Part shown: positions 22,234 to 34,235 of the stretch, in pieces
How positions within the stretch are numbered: the stretch's first letter is position 1
How the letters are laid out: every line of letters begins with the position of its first letter
Source: Sedimentisphaerales bacterium
GTDB taxonomy: Bacteria > Planctomycetota > Phycisphaerae > Sedimentisphaerales > Anaerobacaceae
Direction of reading: 5' to 3'
DNA length: 64,000 nt
NCBI GenBank assembly: GCA_963708075.1
Contig: OY970194.1
Coordinates: forward strand, 5,120,001-5,184,000
The notes under the pieces: model-generated
The model's input: only the letters and a program-made list of their open reading frames with translations
What the model was told of the DNA's origin: nothing
Databases searched by the model: none
Made by a program: the position numbers and the translations under genes

Positions 22234-22304
22234 ATGAGGGGACCGTGGTTTGGCGAAACCTGGATTGCCGTGCAATCGTAGAATACGTTGCCACTTGGCA
22301 CCAG

Positions 22305-22340
22305 GAAAAGGGCCGGCGGACGATGAAGTCTGCCGGCCCT
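22305..22340 (-). terminator. Rho-independent terminator
   Basis: AAGGGCCGGC..GCCGGCCCTT hairpin followed by a T-run on the minus strand, just after the CDS stop at 22378. Confidence 0.6.
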
Positions 22341-22377
22341 TGTGTGTCTGGTGATTCGGTTGGGACACCTGTTGCGG

Positions 22378-25342
22378 CTACTGCGAAAGCGGATGGCCGT
22401 AGCCGATGTCGTCGATGAACAGTATGCCGGCGCTGCCTGCCTTCGGACTACTCCGGTCGCCAATCCCGATGGTCATCTTCTTGATGGCGGCGGTGTTTAT
22501 GCCCGTGAGGTCCTTCAGCGGAATACGCCACTCGGTCCAGTCAACCACGCACGTGGCCTTCGGATCGGGATGAACGATCGTCTTCGACTTGCCGGTGTTG
22601 TCCTGGACGATGACATACAACGAGTCGGGTTTGTTCGCGGGCTGAGCGACGCCGACGTCGGCCGTCTGCCATGCACCCGTGACGGCGCCGGTGGTCTTGA
22701 TCTGGGAGAAGTCCGCCACGGCAAGGTTGCCTGCCGAGTTGCTGCAGACCACCATACCCACATAGACGCTGGCGGGCATGGTGATCGTCGCCGAGGACGG
22801 CGAGCCATCGGTCGCTGCCAGCTTCGTCCAGGTCGTTCCGTTCGCCGAGTACTCGCCGGTGAACACGTTGCCCACGCGCGTGACCCGCAGCCAGACCGGC
22901 AGCGGATTGGCATTGGCCGCCGTGTTGAACCCCACGGTGGTCGTGCTGTTCGTCATGTTGCGGTACATCCACTCGACGAGGCTCTGCTGTGCGGCACTGA
23001 TCATATGGACCTGCATGGCCAGCGGATCGAGGCTCTCACGAATCATCACGCCGGACTTCGTCCAATTGGCCGCGGTTTGAACGCTGTCCACGCGGACGGT
23101 CATCGAGCCGTCGCCGCTGAGCTTCTTGTAGGCGAAGCGGAACTCGTCCGTGCCCATGTAGATGTCCGCGCCCTCGCCGCTCAGGGTGATGCCCGAAGCG
23201 GTTTCCACAAGGGCCGCCGGCCTGCCCCGGAACCACAGGCTCAGATCGGTGGCGCCGTTGGCCATCCAGTTCTGGGTCGCGTCGAAGGTGCGTTCGGCCT
23301 CGGAGTAGTAGGGAGTGTTCACGTTGTTGTATTCCACGGGCATGGCCTGTCTGCCGCCATGAACGATCGAGGTCTCCACGATGGTGCCCGCCGTGGGGTC
23401 ATAGCCGACAAACGAGCCCGAGCTGTTGCCCGGATTGCCCTGCGGGAAGAACTCGTCCTTGGAGAAGCCCGCGCCGTCGATCCACGCCTGGAAGAGGCGG
23501 TTGGGCGAGTCATTGGTATAGCTCTCGAAGTCATCCAGGATGACGTACTCGAGGGTGGAGAAGCTCCAGAGGTCGCCCGGCCAGGTGACGGTGTTGACCT
23601 CATCGACCTTCCAGTAGTAGGTCGTGCCGAAGTTCAGACTGCCGGGGTCATAGCTGTGCTCGGTCGCCGTTCTGGCGGGAACGGTTCCGCCGGCCACAGC
23701 GGCCTGATCGGCGCCGAAGAACACCTGATGCGAGGTGGCAAAGCGACCCGGTCGCCAATTCAGGCCGGCATCCAGGCTGACGCCCGTCGCGCCGGCGGCC
23801 GGCTGCGGCATAAAGGCCTGCGTCGGGATGTACGAGAAGCGGACCTCGGCCAAGCCGGTTATCGAAGTGACGCCCCAGTTGCTGCTGATCGTCAGGCGGA
23901 CGAACTTCGCCTGCACGTCATGCAAATCGACAGTGGACCCGGCGTAGGTGTCGGAGCCGCTGGCCTGCGGAAACTCCACGGTATCCAACGGCGTCCACGT
24001 TGCGCCGTCCAGGGAGTATTCGATCAGGACGCCCTTGGCACCAAAGCCAAGGGGCCCCTCGAGGCTCCGGTTCGAGTTCCACACCTTCATCTGCCGAATG
24101 ATGTAGGGCTTATCGAAAGCGTAGCTGATCCAGGCCGGCAGCTTGAGGGTCAGGCTGCTGAGCCACATATCCGTGTCCGCCGTCGAGTGTTCACCGCCGG
24201 CTTTGAGGCCTGACCCGTCGGTGGTCTTCCCCGGCCCCATATCTTTGGCCGACGAGCTGGCGGTGGCTGTCACAGACTGGATCGTATACGTGTAGGGTTC
24301 CGTGGTGAAGTTCCAGACGTAACCCTTGTAGATCCCGGAATCCGGCGCAGCGTTGACCTCATCGACTCGCCAGTAATAGGTCGTGCCGAAGGCGAGATTC
24401 GCCGGATCGAATTCCGTAGCCGTCCGGCCCTGGCCCACCAGCACGCTCATGGGATTGTCTCGCGAGGCATCGTTGACAGCATCGAACGCCGTGCCGAGAT
24501 AGACATCGTGGCTCACCGCGTAGTTGCCCGGGCTCCATGAGAGCATCGTGTCCACCGGCACATCCTCAGCACGGTTTGCCGGACTCGGACCACGGCTGAG
24601 TCCCTTCGGCAGTGCCGGGTCGGACGAGAGAATCAGATGCCCGAATCCCAGACTCTGGTCGTGCGCTTCCCGGCTGGTCCAGGTCATCTGGATTTCCCGG
24701 TCCGCGGCCTCCGTGTCATCGATCACGGGGTGAAAACCGATGACATTGCCTGCGGTAAACTGCAATGCGCTCATTCGTCCGTATTCGATAGAGAACCTCG
24801 CAGACGTACCCATCGGCAGTGGTCTTGGCGGCCGCCTGCATGTAATCCGGCAGGACCTGACCGGCGCTGTCCATGTTGTCCCAGTTCCATTTCTGAGCAT
24901 TGGCATTGAAACCGTACTGGTAATGGATACTGGCTGTATGTGTTGCCACTGCGTCTGTCGTGGAGAAGAGCACTTCTATACAGTCGGCATTCCAGATATT
25001 GCCGTCGGTCTTATTCATGGATAGCTTGTCGTCTTTCACCACCACGGCGAGGTAGATCTTCGTGCTATCCCACAGCAGATAGAATTTTCCGCTGCAGTCC
25101 GCCGGGTCGGTCCAGCTCGCCTGTCCCGTGTTAATTTGCCCGGCCACATCCAGAACGGCCGGGGTCATCGCTTCCAGATTCCAGTCGCTCAGGTCTCCGT
25201 CGATGGCATCCGGAGTGCCCTTGAGACATGTTATCACCAGTGGTTCCTTAGTCACTGGGTGCACGGCAGGGTCGGCCGCCATCGCCAGACTTGAGCCAAG
25301 CAGAGTGAATACCCCCACACAAAGCCACGTCTTCGCTAACAT
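22378..25342 (-). CDS. Large secreted protein: CBM9-like sugar-binding domain + discoidin/F5-8-like and beta-sandwich domains (frameshift ~24795)
   Basis: Signal peptide, IDGDLSDW..WDSTKIYLAVVVKDD (CBM9-like); joins at YVCE/VSIEY; YYWRVDEVN repeats, KVWNSN..IEYSLDG..GLAEVRF (discoidin-like), C-terminal LFIDDI. Confidence 0.8.
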
Positions 25343-25951
25343 TGTTGGTCCTCCCTTCGATTGAGCCTACTGAATTGTGTTGTTATGGCATTCACCGGGA
25401 CCGACTCAGTACGGTCCCACAGGGCGAAATATATGCAGGGTCACCTTCCTTCCGAAAAGATGATGTGCAGAGCTATCATGGAACAAACCTGGACGCGAGA
25501 CAGGTGTGGATTCAGCACATCTACCCTTGAAGCACGTGTATAACAGTCCACATTGCATGAGGGCCTCCGAATCCGATTCGCCGCACGGTCGCCCACTCCA
25601 AACCGTTGTGACACCGTTAAGAACCCACACGTCCGTAAGCTCTTATATCAAATCCCGCCCCCTAACGCAATAGGATTTCAGTCCAGGCTCTGTCCGAAGA
25701 CAGCGAGTTGAGATATCGCTGCGGAATGGCGGGGACAGCCGGGAAGGGCGGTGCTTTAAGGAGATGGGTGAGCTCAGAACCCTCATTTCTGAGCCAGGAA
25801 TGCACATTTGCAGTACTCACGGCACCTTCCGGAACCGCCATTCGGGACAGAAGTCTATTAAAGACCCAGATAATCGGTGACTGTCAATAGTCCGTGCACA
25901 GGCAGTTCCCCGGCCGGGACAGGTCCACCCTCGGGATGGCGTCGGCCGCGA

Positions 25952-26485
25952 TCAGACCTGCAAGTCATCCGCCGCTGGGCGTCGGGTCAGTTTGCTGAAG
26001 CGTTTCTCCAAGCGTTTCTGCACGCTCGGCGGGATCAGGTTGGACAGGTCGCCGCCCAGGGAGGCGATCTCGCGAATCAGCGTGGAGCTGGTAAAGCCGT
26101 ACTGCTCGCTGGTCATGATGAAGACCGTCTCGATCCCCGCCACCGCCCGGTTGGTCATCGCGAGCTGAAACTCATACTGGACGTCGGTCAGGCTGCGGAG
26201 GCCGCGAAGGATGACGTCGGCCTTCCGCTTGGCGGCGTACTCGACCGTCAGGCCCTCGAAACTCTCCACGCGGACGCCCGGCAGGTCGGTGATCAGCTCC
26301 GCGATCATCTCGACCCGTTCCTCGGGTGTGAAAAGCTGGTTCTTGACGGGACTTCGCCCGACGGCGATGATCAGCTCGTCGAACAGCCGCATCGCACGCT
26401 TGACCACGTCCAGATGCCCGTTCGTGATCGGGTCGAACGAACCGGGAAAAATCGCTCTGACAAATCTATGCTCCATCCCGGACAT
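25952..26485 (-). CDS. coaD: Phosphopantetheine adenylyltransferase
   Basis: AIFPGSFDPITNGHLD, ILRGLR..YEFQLA, SSTLIREIA. Confidence 0.96.
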   Translation of the reverse strand: MSGMEHRFVRAIFPGSFDPITNGHLDVVKRAMRLFDELIIAVGRSPVKNQLFTPEERVEMIAELITDLPGVRVESFEGLTVEYAAKRKADVILRGLRSLTDVQYEFQLAMTNRAVAGIETVFIMTSEQYGFTSSTLIREIASLGGDLSNLIPPSVQKRLEKRFSKLTRRPAADDLQV

Positions 26486-26993
26486 TATAAGCCACTACAC
26501 TCCGCCCCGAAAGCCAAAATTGCCCAATCAGCCGCCCCCGCTCGGTGTGCACGACAGGATTGTGGAAGACCAAGCATGAGGTTGTGGCTGGCAGCGTAGC
26601 TTGTCCAGGCCCAATCTCAAGAATGTGGGACGTTGCCAACGAGTTGGGCGGTGCCACCCGGCGAGCGGGAGACTCTACGCTAAACACGTATGGACGTGGA
26701 TACACCCTTGTGATACAGGGATTTATAGCTGACAATCCTCGACGGAGGACCGGCAACCGCTCTTTCAACCACAGATGGACAGCCGTGGGCATAAATGAAC
26801 CCCTGACACCTTGATTCCCCCCTGAGTTGCCGACCCGAGCTGCTGAAATCGGATGCAGTACCCGGGTATCACGGGACATCTGCCGTGCAGGAGCACAGTC
26901 TATGAGGTCAAATGGGAAATCCCCGGCCAAAAGAGCTTGCTTAATGCCAAATTCCGGATATTGTTTATGGGTCGAAGGAATGAAGGATCTTCT

Positions 26994-28517
26994 ATGAATG
27001 TCTTCCTGATTTATGTTCGAGATGAGAACTTCTGCGGGTTACTTCCTGCAGAGTTGGATCAGTCACGGCCGGACGATGGGCGGGTCAAGGTGATGGCGTT
27101 TCCCCCCCTGGGGATTCAGACCCTCGCTCCGGTCCTGCGCCAGCGTGGACACCAGGTGCGGATGTTCGACACGTGTCACCCGCAGATGAAGGCGGAGCAC
27201 ATCGCCCAGGCGGTAGCGGCAGAACGGCCCGACGTCATTGCACTCTCCTTCCTCTCGACGACCACCTACCCGGCGGCCAAGCTGATGGCCAGGCGACTCA
27301 AGGCGGAAGCTGCGAAGATCCCGATCATCGCGGGGGGAGCGTTTGCCACCGGGAATTCGGACCGCATCCTGAGGGACTGCCCTGACATCGACTGCGTGGG
27401 TGTCGGCGAGGGCGAAGAGCTTCTGCCGGACTACTTGAATCACCTCGGCGATCCCGGCTCAGTGGCCGGTCTGGTCTGGCGTCATGAGGAGGAGATCATT
27501 CGGAATGCCCCACGTCCGTTGCTCCAGGACCTGGATCGGTATCCTTACCCCGACCGGACCAGTCTGCCCATCGATTACATTGAGTCGATGCCCCTGGACG
27601 TTCCCGCCGTCCTGTCCCTGGACAAGTTCTGCACCATGCAGACTTCGAGAGGCTGCCCCTATGGCTGTATCTACTGCGATATCCCGTCTCTCTCGCAGGG
27701 CAAGTGGCGATGCCGGTCCGCGGAGCATGTCCTGGGAGAGATGCAGCAACTGAACGACATGGGCTATCGCTCGATTTACCTTACCGATGACCACTTTTTA
27801 CTGAAGCGTGAGCGCATCAACGCCATCTGCAACGGCATCCTTGAACGTGGACTGGAATTTCGCTGGGGCTGCGAAGGGCGGGTCGATTCCGTGGCGATCG
27901 ATCAACTGCCGATCATGCGCAAGGCCCATTGCACCTTCCTGGCTTTTGGGGTGGAGGCGGGCACACAGAAAGTGCTGGACCGGCTGAAGAAGCATCAGAC
28001 CCTGGAGCAGGTGAAGAACGCGATCAGGAAAGCGAAGCAACATGGCATCGCCATGGTTCACGGGTTCTTTGTCATCGGCTCTCCCGGCGAGACCGCGGCG
28101 GACATTATGGAAAGCTTCCGCTTTGCCGCCCGGCTGGAACTGGACACCTTCGGCTTCAATCGCCTGTGCGTCTACCGGGGCACCCCGTTATGGAAGGAGT
28201 ACGTCACCCGCGGCATCATCGACGACGAGCGGGATTGGCACAAATGGTTCAAGTGCTCGGATATCGACCCAACCGTCCTGCCAAGTGCGGAGGTGAACCG
28301 TCTGCGCATGAAAGGCTACGGATGGCTTTTCGCTCACCGCATTTTCGGGCGTCCGATCCGAACCTTGAGGCTCCTGCGCACGTTCGGGCGATACATGAAG
28401 ACCTCTGATATGATCAAATTGCTTTTCAGTCCTTTTCGCCGGCGGACTTTGACCCGCCAGCCCGAGCTCCCGGCCAGGATGATCGATGGGGACTCGAAGA
28501 CCCCGCCTGGTCCGTGA
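26994..28517 (+). CDS. B12-binding domain radical SAM protein
   Basis: PPLGIQTLA..IIAGGAFAT..GEGE (cobalamin-binding), TSRGCPYGCIYC (CxxxCxxC), GVEAG, GSPGET. Confidence 0.92.
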   Translation: MNVFLIYVRDENFCGLLPAELDQSRPDDGRVKVMAFPPLGIQTLAPVLRQRGHQVRMFDTCHPQMKAEHIAQAVAAERPDVIALSFLSTTTYPAAKLMARRLKAEAAKIPIIAGGAFATGNSDRILRDCPDIDCVGVGEGEELLPDYLNHLGDPGSVAGLVWRHEEEIIRNAPRPLLQDLDRYPYPDRTSLPIDYIESMPLDVPAVLSLDKFCTMQTSRGCPYGCIYCDIPSLSQGKWRCRSAEHVLGEMQQLNDMGYRSIYLTDDHFLLKRERINAICNGILERGLEFRWGCEGRVDSVAIDQLPIMRKAHCTFLAFGVEAGTQKVLDRLKKHQTLEQVKNAIRKAKQHGIAMVHGFFVIGSPGETAADIMESFRFAARLELDTFGFNRLCVYRGTPLWKEYVTRGIIDDERDWHKWFKCSDIDPTVLPSAEVNRLRMKGYGWLFAHRIFGRPIRTLRLLRTFGRYMKTSDMIKLLFSPFRRRTLTRQPELPARMIDGDSKTPPGP

Positions 28518-28699
28518 CACGCTCGCAGTGGCAACTGCATCCCAATCCGGCGTGGGAAGCCATCGTCTTCACGATGGGCAACGGCGGCTTGGGCCCCATT
28601 GCAGTTTCCACTTAGTTCCGGCAATTCCAGGCACGTCTTGCTTCGTTCGGTGTGCAGAGCACACCCTGCTATTCCGACTATTCTAATCTGGTGGATATC

Positions 28700-28793
28700 G
28701 GGTGGCAGCGGCAAGCGGAGTCTTCGGAGCTTGCCGATGGCGTGCAGGCGCAGACACGAGCCATCGGCAAGCTGGCGCTTGCCGCTGCCACCC
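28700..28793. repeat. GGGTGGCAGCG-type REPIN (inverted REP doublet)
   Basis: GGGTGGCAGCGGCAAG..CTTGCCGATGG ... CCATCGGCAAG..CTTGCCGCTGCCACCC. Confidence 0.85.
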
Positions 28794-29024
28794 ATCGTAA
28801 CCGGTATTCTCTAAACACCATTTTAGAGTAGCCGGAGCACTACCCGCTGTCGCCGCATCTGTGAGGGGTGGCGGAAAAACAGGTCGGGGTAGGGACAGCG
28901 CGGTGAGTCGCGCGGGCCCTACCCCGAGTGAGACGGACGAGTCGTCCGCCTTTGTGTCGTTCTTCATGCGGCGAATCATGTTCTGCGTGATTCACCTGAA
29001 AGCGGCCTGGCGTGCGGTTGAGAC

Positions 29025-30493
29025 TTACGGCAGGCTGTTGCAGTCGAGGGCGTTGCACTCCAGCCAGTGGGCTTGGAGGAGGGTCAGGTCCTCATCGTTG
29101 ACCCTGCAGTCGCCGTTGATATCGCCGGGCAGCGGCTGATAGTCCGGCACCGATTTCGCCGCCTCACAACTGCTGCTGAAGACGCTGATGGTCACAGTAT
29201 CCGAACCGGCATACTCGCCGTCGTTGGCTTCAAGCTTCAGTTGGTAGGTGCCCAGCGCACTGAGCGTCACGGTTGCCGCTGTCTTATCCGCATTGGCAAT
29301 CACCGCCGGTATAGAGCCCTTGAAATCAGCCGCAGGGATCAGTTCATTGGGATCGTTGGGGTCATTGGGATCGAATGCACTGACGGTCCAACGTGTCGTA
29401 GTAGGATCGGCGTCCGTTACCGTACCTGCGATCGCCACGTTCACACTGCCGTTGTTCAGCCAAGCCCTTGCATTGTCACCGGCCTCGACCACGGGCGGCA
29501 GGTTGTCCACGTAGAAGTCAAAGATCGGTCCATAATTCGGGTCTTTCGCACCGGCAGCGTAGGTATCTACGGCCCAGTAGTACCGCTTCTTGCGATCCAC
29601 CTTCACTGTAGCAGAGGTCGCGGCTTTCTTCGTGACAATCAATTCGGCTGCACTGAGGTCCGCACTGGTGCCGAACCACACATCCACAAGCGTGCCCGCG
29701 GCCAGGGTCCAGTTCAGAGTGAGGTCACCCGCCGTGATGTTGTCGCCGTCGCCCGGCACCGGATTCAGGGGATGCAGCCCCTTGACGACGAGATTGTCCT
29801 TCACCTTCTCCACGATCACGGTTCCCTCGCCGTCGTAGGCTATGATGGTGCCGTTGGCGATGTTCGTGTTGATCATATTGGCACGAGCGTCAGAGTACGC
29901 CTGCGTCATCACGCCGCCGTGGAAATTCATGCTGGCCTTGGAGTTGCGCCGGCCCGGAAACGCAGCGGAAGTCCTGAAGTTGACAAAAGATTCAAGGCGC
30001 CGCCGCGGATCTCCACAGTCCCATCGCCGCCCGCTTCCTCGCCGATGCCGAGCTCCTGGGCGTTGAGATTGACAACGCCCGCGTAGTCAATCACCAACAT
30101 GGCGCGTCCCTGAAATCCTATGAACATGCGGGCATTGGCATTATACACGCCGCCCAGGACTTCCAGCAGATGAGGCTCTTCCGGGGCGCCCGCGTAGCCA
30201 ATGATGCTCCAGTCACGGACAGCCAGTTTCGCGCCGTCGACCAGGCGCAGGCGGCCGGCTCCGCCACCTTCTATCGCCACGTTCGTGATCGTACCCGCAT
30301 CGTAATCAAGAATGCAGAATCCACCATCCACGACTTGGGCCTTGTCATTCACGCCTGGAACAACCCCTAGGGTCCAGTTACCAGGGTCGCTCCACAGTTG
30401 GCTGACGGCCCCGCTAAAGCGGTCTTGCGCCGCGGACGCCATACCCGTAAGCAATAGGCCAATACACACCCCCAACATAATGCGCGATCTCAT
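29025..30493 (-). CDS. Secreted protein with C-terminal dockerin-like Ca-binding motif (frameshift ~29948)
   Basis: Signal peptide MRSRIMLGVC..., joins at RAGA/NSKASMNF; C-terminus GDINGDCRVNDEDL..WLEC. Confidence 0.75.
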
Positions 30494-31015
30494 GACAGAT
30501 CCTCCTTCGAACAAAGATGAAACAACCTGACATTGACACATCGTCAATGATCACCGACAGATTCACCCGCTGGCTCAAGCTCCAGCGCCGCGTCACCATA
30601 GAAACTCAAATCGCCGACATTTTCTTCTCCGGCCAGACAGGCCAGAGTCAAGAACCGATCATCTGAATTCAAGAGAATCCGGACTTCAGGAATTGGCAGT
30701 GTGTGCATGGTAATGTCACGATGAAACTGCAGCTCACCATCCACGAGGACATAAAACTCAGAGGCCGGATCCTCGGAAAACCCGGAGACAGTCAGGTATT
30801 TCCGCCTTCTCTGGTCTCACATATTCCTCGGCCTTCGCACCTCCACGGCCATCCCACACATTTCGGCCTCGTCACATCTATCCGGCCCACGAAGGGCCGC
30901 AACGCTCGTTTGTCGCAGCAGCACCAGGGCGTCTCCGGGGACTATTATGACCGATACGGGCGCAAGAGGCAAGAGAAAAGAAAACGGTTGTTGATTGTTA
31001 GCTGCCGGTTGTCAG

Positions 31016-31176
31016 CCCAAGTTACGCGTTTCCAACCGTGAATTGGCCTTCTTGATAGCGATAAGCGCGTTTTCTGCCGGAAGTCTTCACTCCATTTGTG
31101 GGAGCTCGTCGATCCGCCGGAGCCGCTGCGGCAAGGTCAGGCCCAAGCAGTGGAGCAACACTTTCTGGGCCTCATC
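31016..31176 (-). mobile_element. Remnant of an IS transposase 3' end and IS terminus (IS1634-like)
   Basis: DEAQKVLLHCLGLTLPQRLRRIDELPQME* followed by ..AACTTGGG; resembles IS1634-family C-termini and ends from memory. Confidence 0.45.
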
Positions 31177-31228
31177 CGCTGCCACCCGTAAACACGATAT
31201 TCTCAATCATAATCCATGTCACCCGGCC

Positions 31229-32216
31229 TCACACGACGGGGCCGTAGCGGGGGCCGAGGGTGGGAGCGAGTTTCTGGCCATAGGCGAGCAACTCCGTCCG
31301 CTCGGCGTCGGTCAGGGGCTTGTAGCGGCGCGCCAGCTCCACGTTCTGGATCGCCTGCTCCATGGTGAACGGGCCGACGTTGGCGACGCTGACGCCCTCC
31401 AGGTCCAGGACGTACGCCAGGGCCTTGGGCAGCAGCTCGGCAGGGGTGTTGCAGCCGACCCAGCCCTTGCTGTGGTTGGGGAATCCGCCGCGGATGCCGG
31501 CGTAGACTTTCATCGCCACGACGCCGACGTTGCGCTTGCGGCACTCCGGCAGCACCTTGCCTTCGAAGTCGTAAATGTTGCGGTCTGCGTAGTTCATCAC
31601 GGCCATGAGCACGTCGATCTGGTCCGTTTCGAGCATGCGCACAAAGAGCCTCGGCCGGGCATGGCCGGAAATGCCGATAAAGCGGGTCTTCCCGGACTCC
31701 TTTTGCTTGAGCAGGTACTCCAGGATGCCGTCCCTGGCCAGCATTCGGGGGACTTCCTTGCCGCCGACGTGGTGGATGTGGACGAGGTCCACGTGGTCGG
31801 TCTTGAGTGTCCGCAAAGAGGTTCTCGAAGCTCTTCTGCGCCTGCTCGCCGGAATCGGTCCAGCACTTGGTGACGAGGAAGATCTTGTCCCGGCGGGCCG
31901 GCACGACCTGGCTGAGGGCCTCCTCCGCGATCCCGTAGCCCCGCGCCGTATCGACGTAGGTGACGCCGCGGTCGATCACCTCAGCGAATATCTTGGCCGC
32001 CTCAGACACGTTGCCGCGAGCCTCGCCGAGCGGCGCGGTCCCCAGCCCCAGGATCGTAACCTTGGCCCCGGTGCGCCCCAGCACGCGCGTAGGCAGGCCG
32101 TCGTTAGCGGCCTCCGTGGCTTGGGCTTGCACGACAGGGCACGCGACGGCCAGTCCGGCGCTCGTCAGGATTCCTTTCCGAAGAAACTCGCGACGGCTCA
32201 AGTCGGATAGAGACAT
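31229..32216 (-). CDS. Tat-exported aldo/keto reductase (frameshift ~31822)
   Basis: SRREFL Tat motif, LGLGT, YVDTARGYG, LVTK, LRTLKTDHVDLVHIH, RFIGISGH. Confidence 0.88.
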
Positions 32217-32232
32217 GGCTTGTCCTCCTGTA

Positions 32233-34222
32233 TCAGCGTGATGTTGATCCTTTCTCGACAGATGCGGTGCGAAGGTACTCTTCGGCCTTGAGGATTTCGG
32301 TATTCAGTCCCCGCTGCAGGTCTTCCGGGACCGCTTCGACCTCCACATGCGGCTGGACTCCACGGAATTCAATCAGTTGCCCATCCAAACCCCAGCGGCT
32401 GCGCACCGAGCACACCACCGTGGCGACTCCACTGGGGAAGGTCCAATCTCGCTTGGCGCTGGACGCTCCGGCCGTCGTGGACCCAAACAGGCGGGCCCCG
32501 CTGCGCCCAACGAGGTCCCGGGCCATCGTCTCGCCGGCGGAGATACATCCGGCATCGATGATGGCGGCGACCGGCCGGGGGAGGCTCCCGAGTACGTCAA
32601 GCAGATCTTGACCATAACCGCCTCCGCCGTTGCCCCGCAGATCGACAATCCAGCCCTTGGCGTCGGCATGCGTTGCGAGGGCCTCCTTGAGACCAGACAC
32701 CGTGGTGGCATCGATCTCTCGAAGATAGATATAGCCTGCTCCGCCGGCAAGCCCGGCATAAGCATATGAACCTGCCTGCTTGAGAACCCTCGGGCCGATT
32801 GTACGAGTGAGGGAATCCGGAGCGGGCGTCGTAGTCACACGCGAGTTCCACGCGACGTTCGCCCTCATCAGTGAGAATCGACAGGGCGTGCTTCCGGCCT
32901 CTCAGTTCTGTCTGCAGCGGCAGACGATAGGCAAGCAACCTGGCCCTTTGCCGACCGGACATGCCCCCTTCGGCCCAGATCTTCTTCGCCTCTTCCTCAA
33001 GACAAGTGCGGGCGTCCTGATCGTCGATCCTCGTGACGATGACGCCCGTCTTCAGAGCAGGATCGAGGCCGTCCCGGCACCACATGACGACGACCCGCCC
33101 CTCCGTCGCCGGCAGAAGGCTGATCCCCGGGTAGTATCTGGCCGGCCACGGCGGCGGCGACACACGCGTCTTGGTGAATCCCATGTGCGAGTCGTGCAGG
33201 CACAGGATCGCGTCCTGCACGATCCCAAGGAACTGCTCGTCCGACCGGCAGTCCTTGACCTTGGCCTGCAGCCGGTCTTTCATGCCGACCCAATCCGTCT
33301 GAATCCCTTTGAGCTCAAAGAAGGGATACGTTCGGTCCATCTCATCGAAGAACGCCGTCAGGTCGCGCTCATAGATGTTCGATGCGAGAGGTTCGGCCGC
33401 CTCATGGGCCTGCAGGATCACCTCGTAAGGCTCGAGATGCCGGTAGACGCGAAGGAGAATACCGTCATCGTCCACCCAGTACTCGGTCTTGTTGCCGGGA
33501 CCTTTCTTGAACCATGTATTGCTCTCGGTCCGCTGAATCTGCAGGAAATGCTTTGCTTTGCACTTGCCGTTGGGCAGCAACACGCCGTCCTCATCCACCA
33601 GATCGAGCGTGATCTCGTAGTGGTTGATTCCCTTGCCCTTGGGGTCCGCGTCATAGGCAGTGAACGTTTGCTCCCCGCGTTTGTCGAGGTTGTAGGCTTG
33701 GAGCAGGACATACTGAATCAGGTAGGGATCAGGCCGGGAGTTGAAGTCCGGCAGGGCCCCGCCTTTCACCTCCCAGTCGAACTGCTCTTTGGAACCCCAG
33801 GTGACATGAACGGCGTTCTCTCCGGCGAATTGGAGACTGTCCGTGTACCCCTTCGCAATGGACCGGTACTTGTAGCTCACAGGCCGGCCCTGACCATCCA
33901 CGCAAAGCAGGTAGTCCCTGTCCGACAGGCCGGTGAGCTCAAAGTAGGCCGTCTTGTCGGGACCAACGTATTTCGCCATCTTCACCCGCGGGGAATCGCG
34001 CTCTCCTATGCGATGGACATACTCGCCTTCGAAGACCTTTTTGGCGTCCGCCGGGATGAACCACTCCTCCGGCTTCGCCTGCGACGACTCCGAGGAAGCC
34101 ACCTCCGCAAGAGCCACCGCCAGCCCAATCCCCGTCAAGACGGTCTTATGCAGCAACCCCCGCCGGCTGAATCGTGAGCCACATGCGCGTTCTCTACTGG
34201 TACAGGCTCCATTCGCCCCCAT
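32233..34222 (-). CDS. S41-family peptidase with Tat-like signal (frameshift ~32784)
   Basis: SRRGLL signal, YPFFELKG..W, LHDSH, IVDLRGNGGG, CISAGE, TAGA, GVQPHVEV. Confidence 0.8.
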
Positions 34223-34235
34223 GGCTGCAACCTCC

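Noticed and set aside
7440..22240. CRISPR array
   Set aside because: Repeats are heterogeneous and irregularly spaced, with no constant repeat-spacer period and no cas genes.
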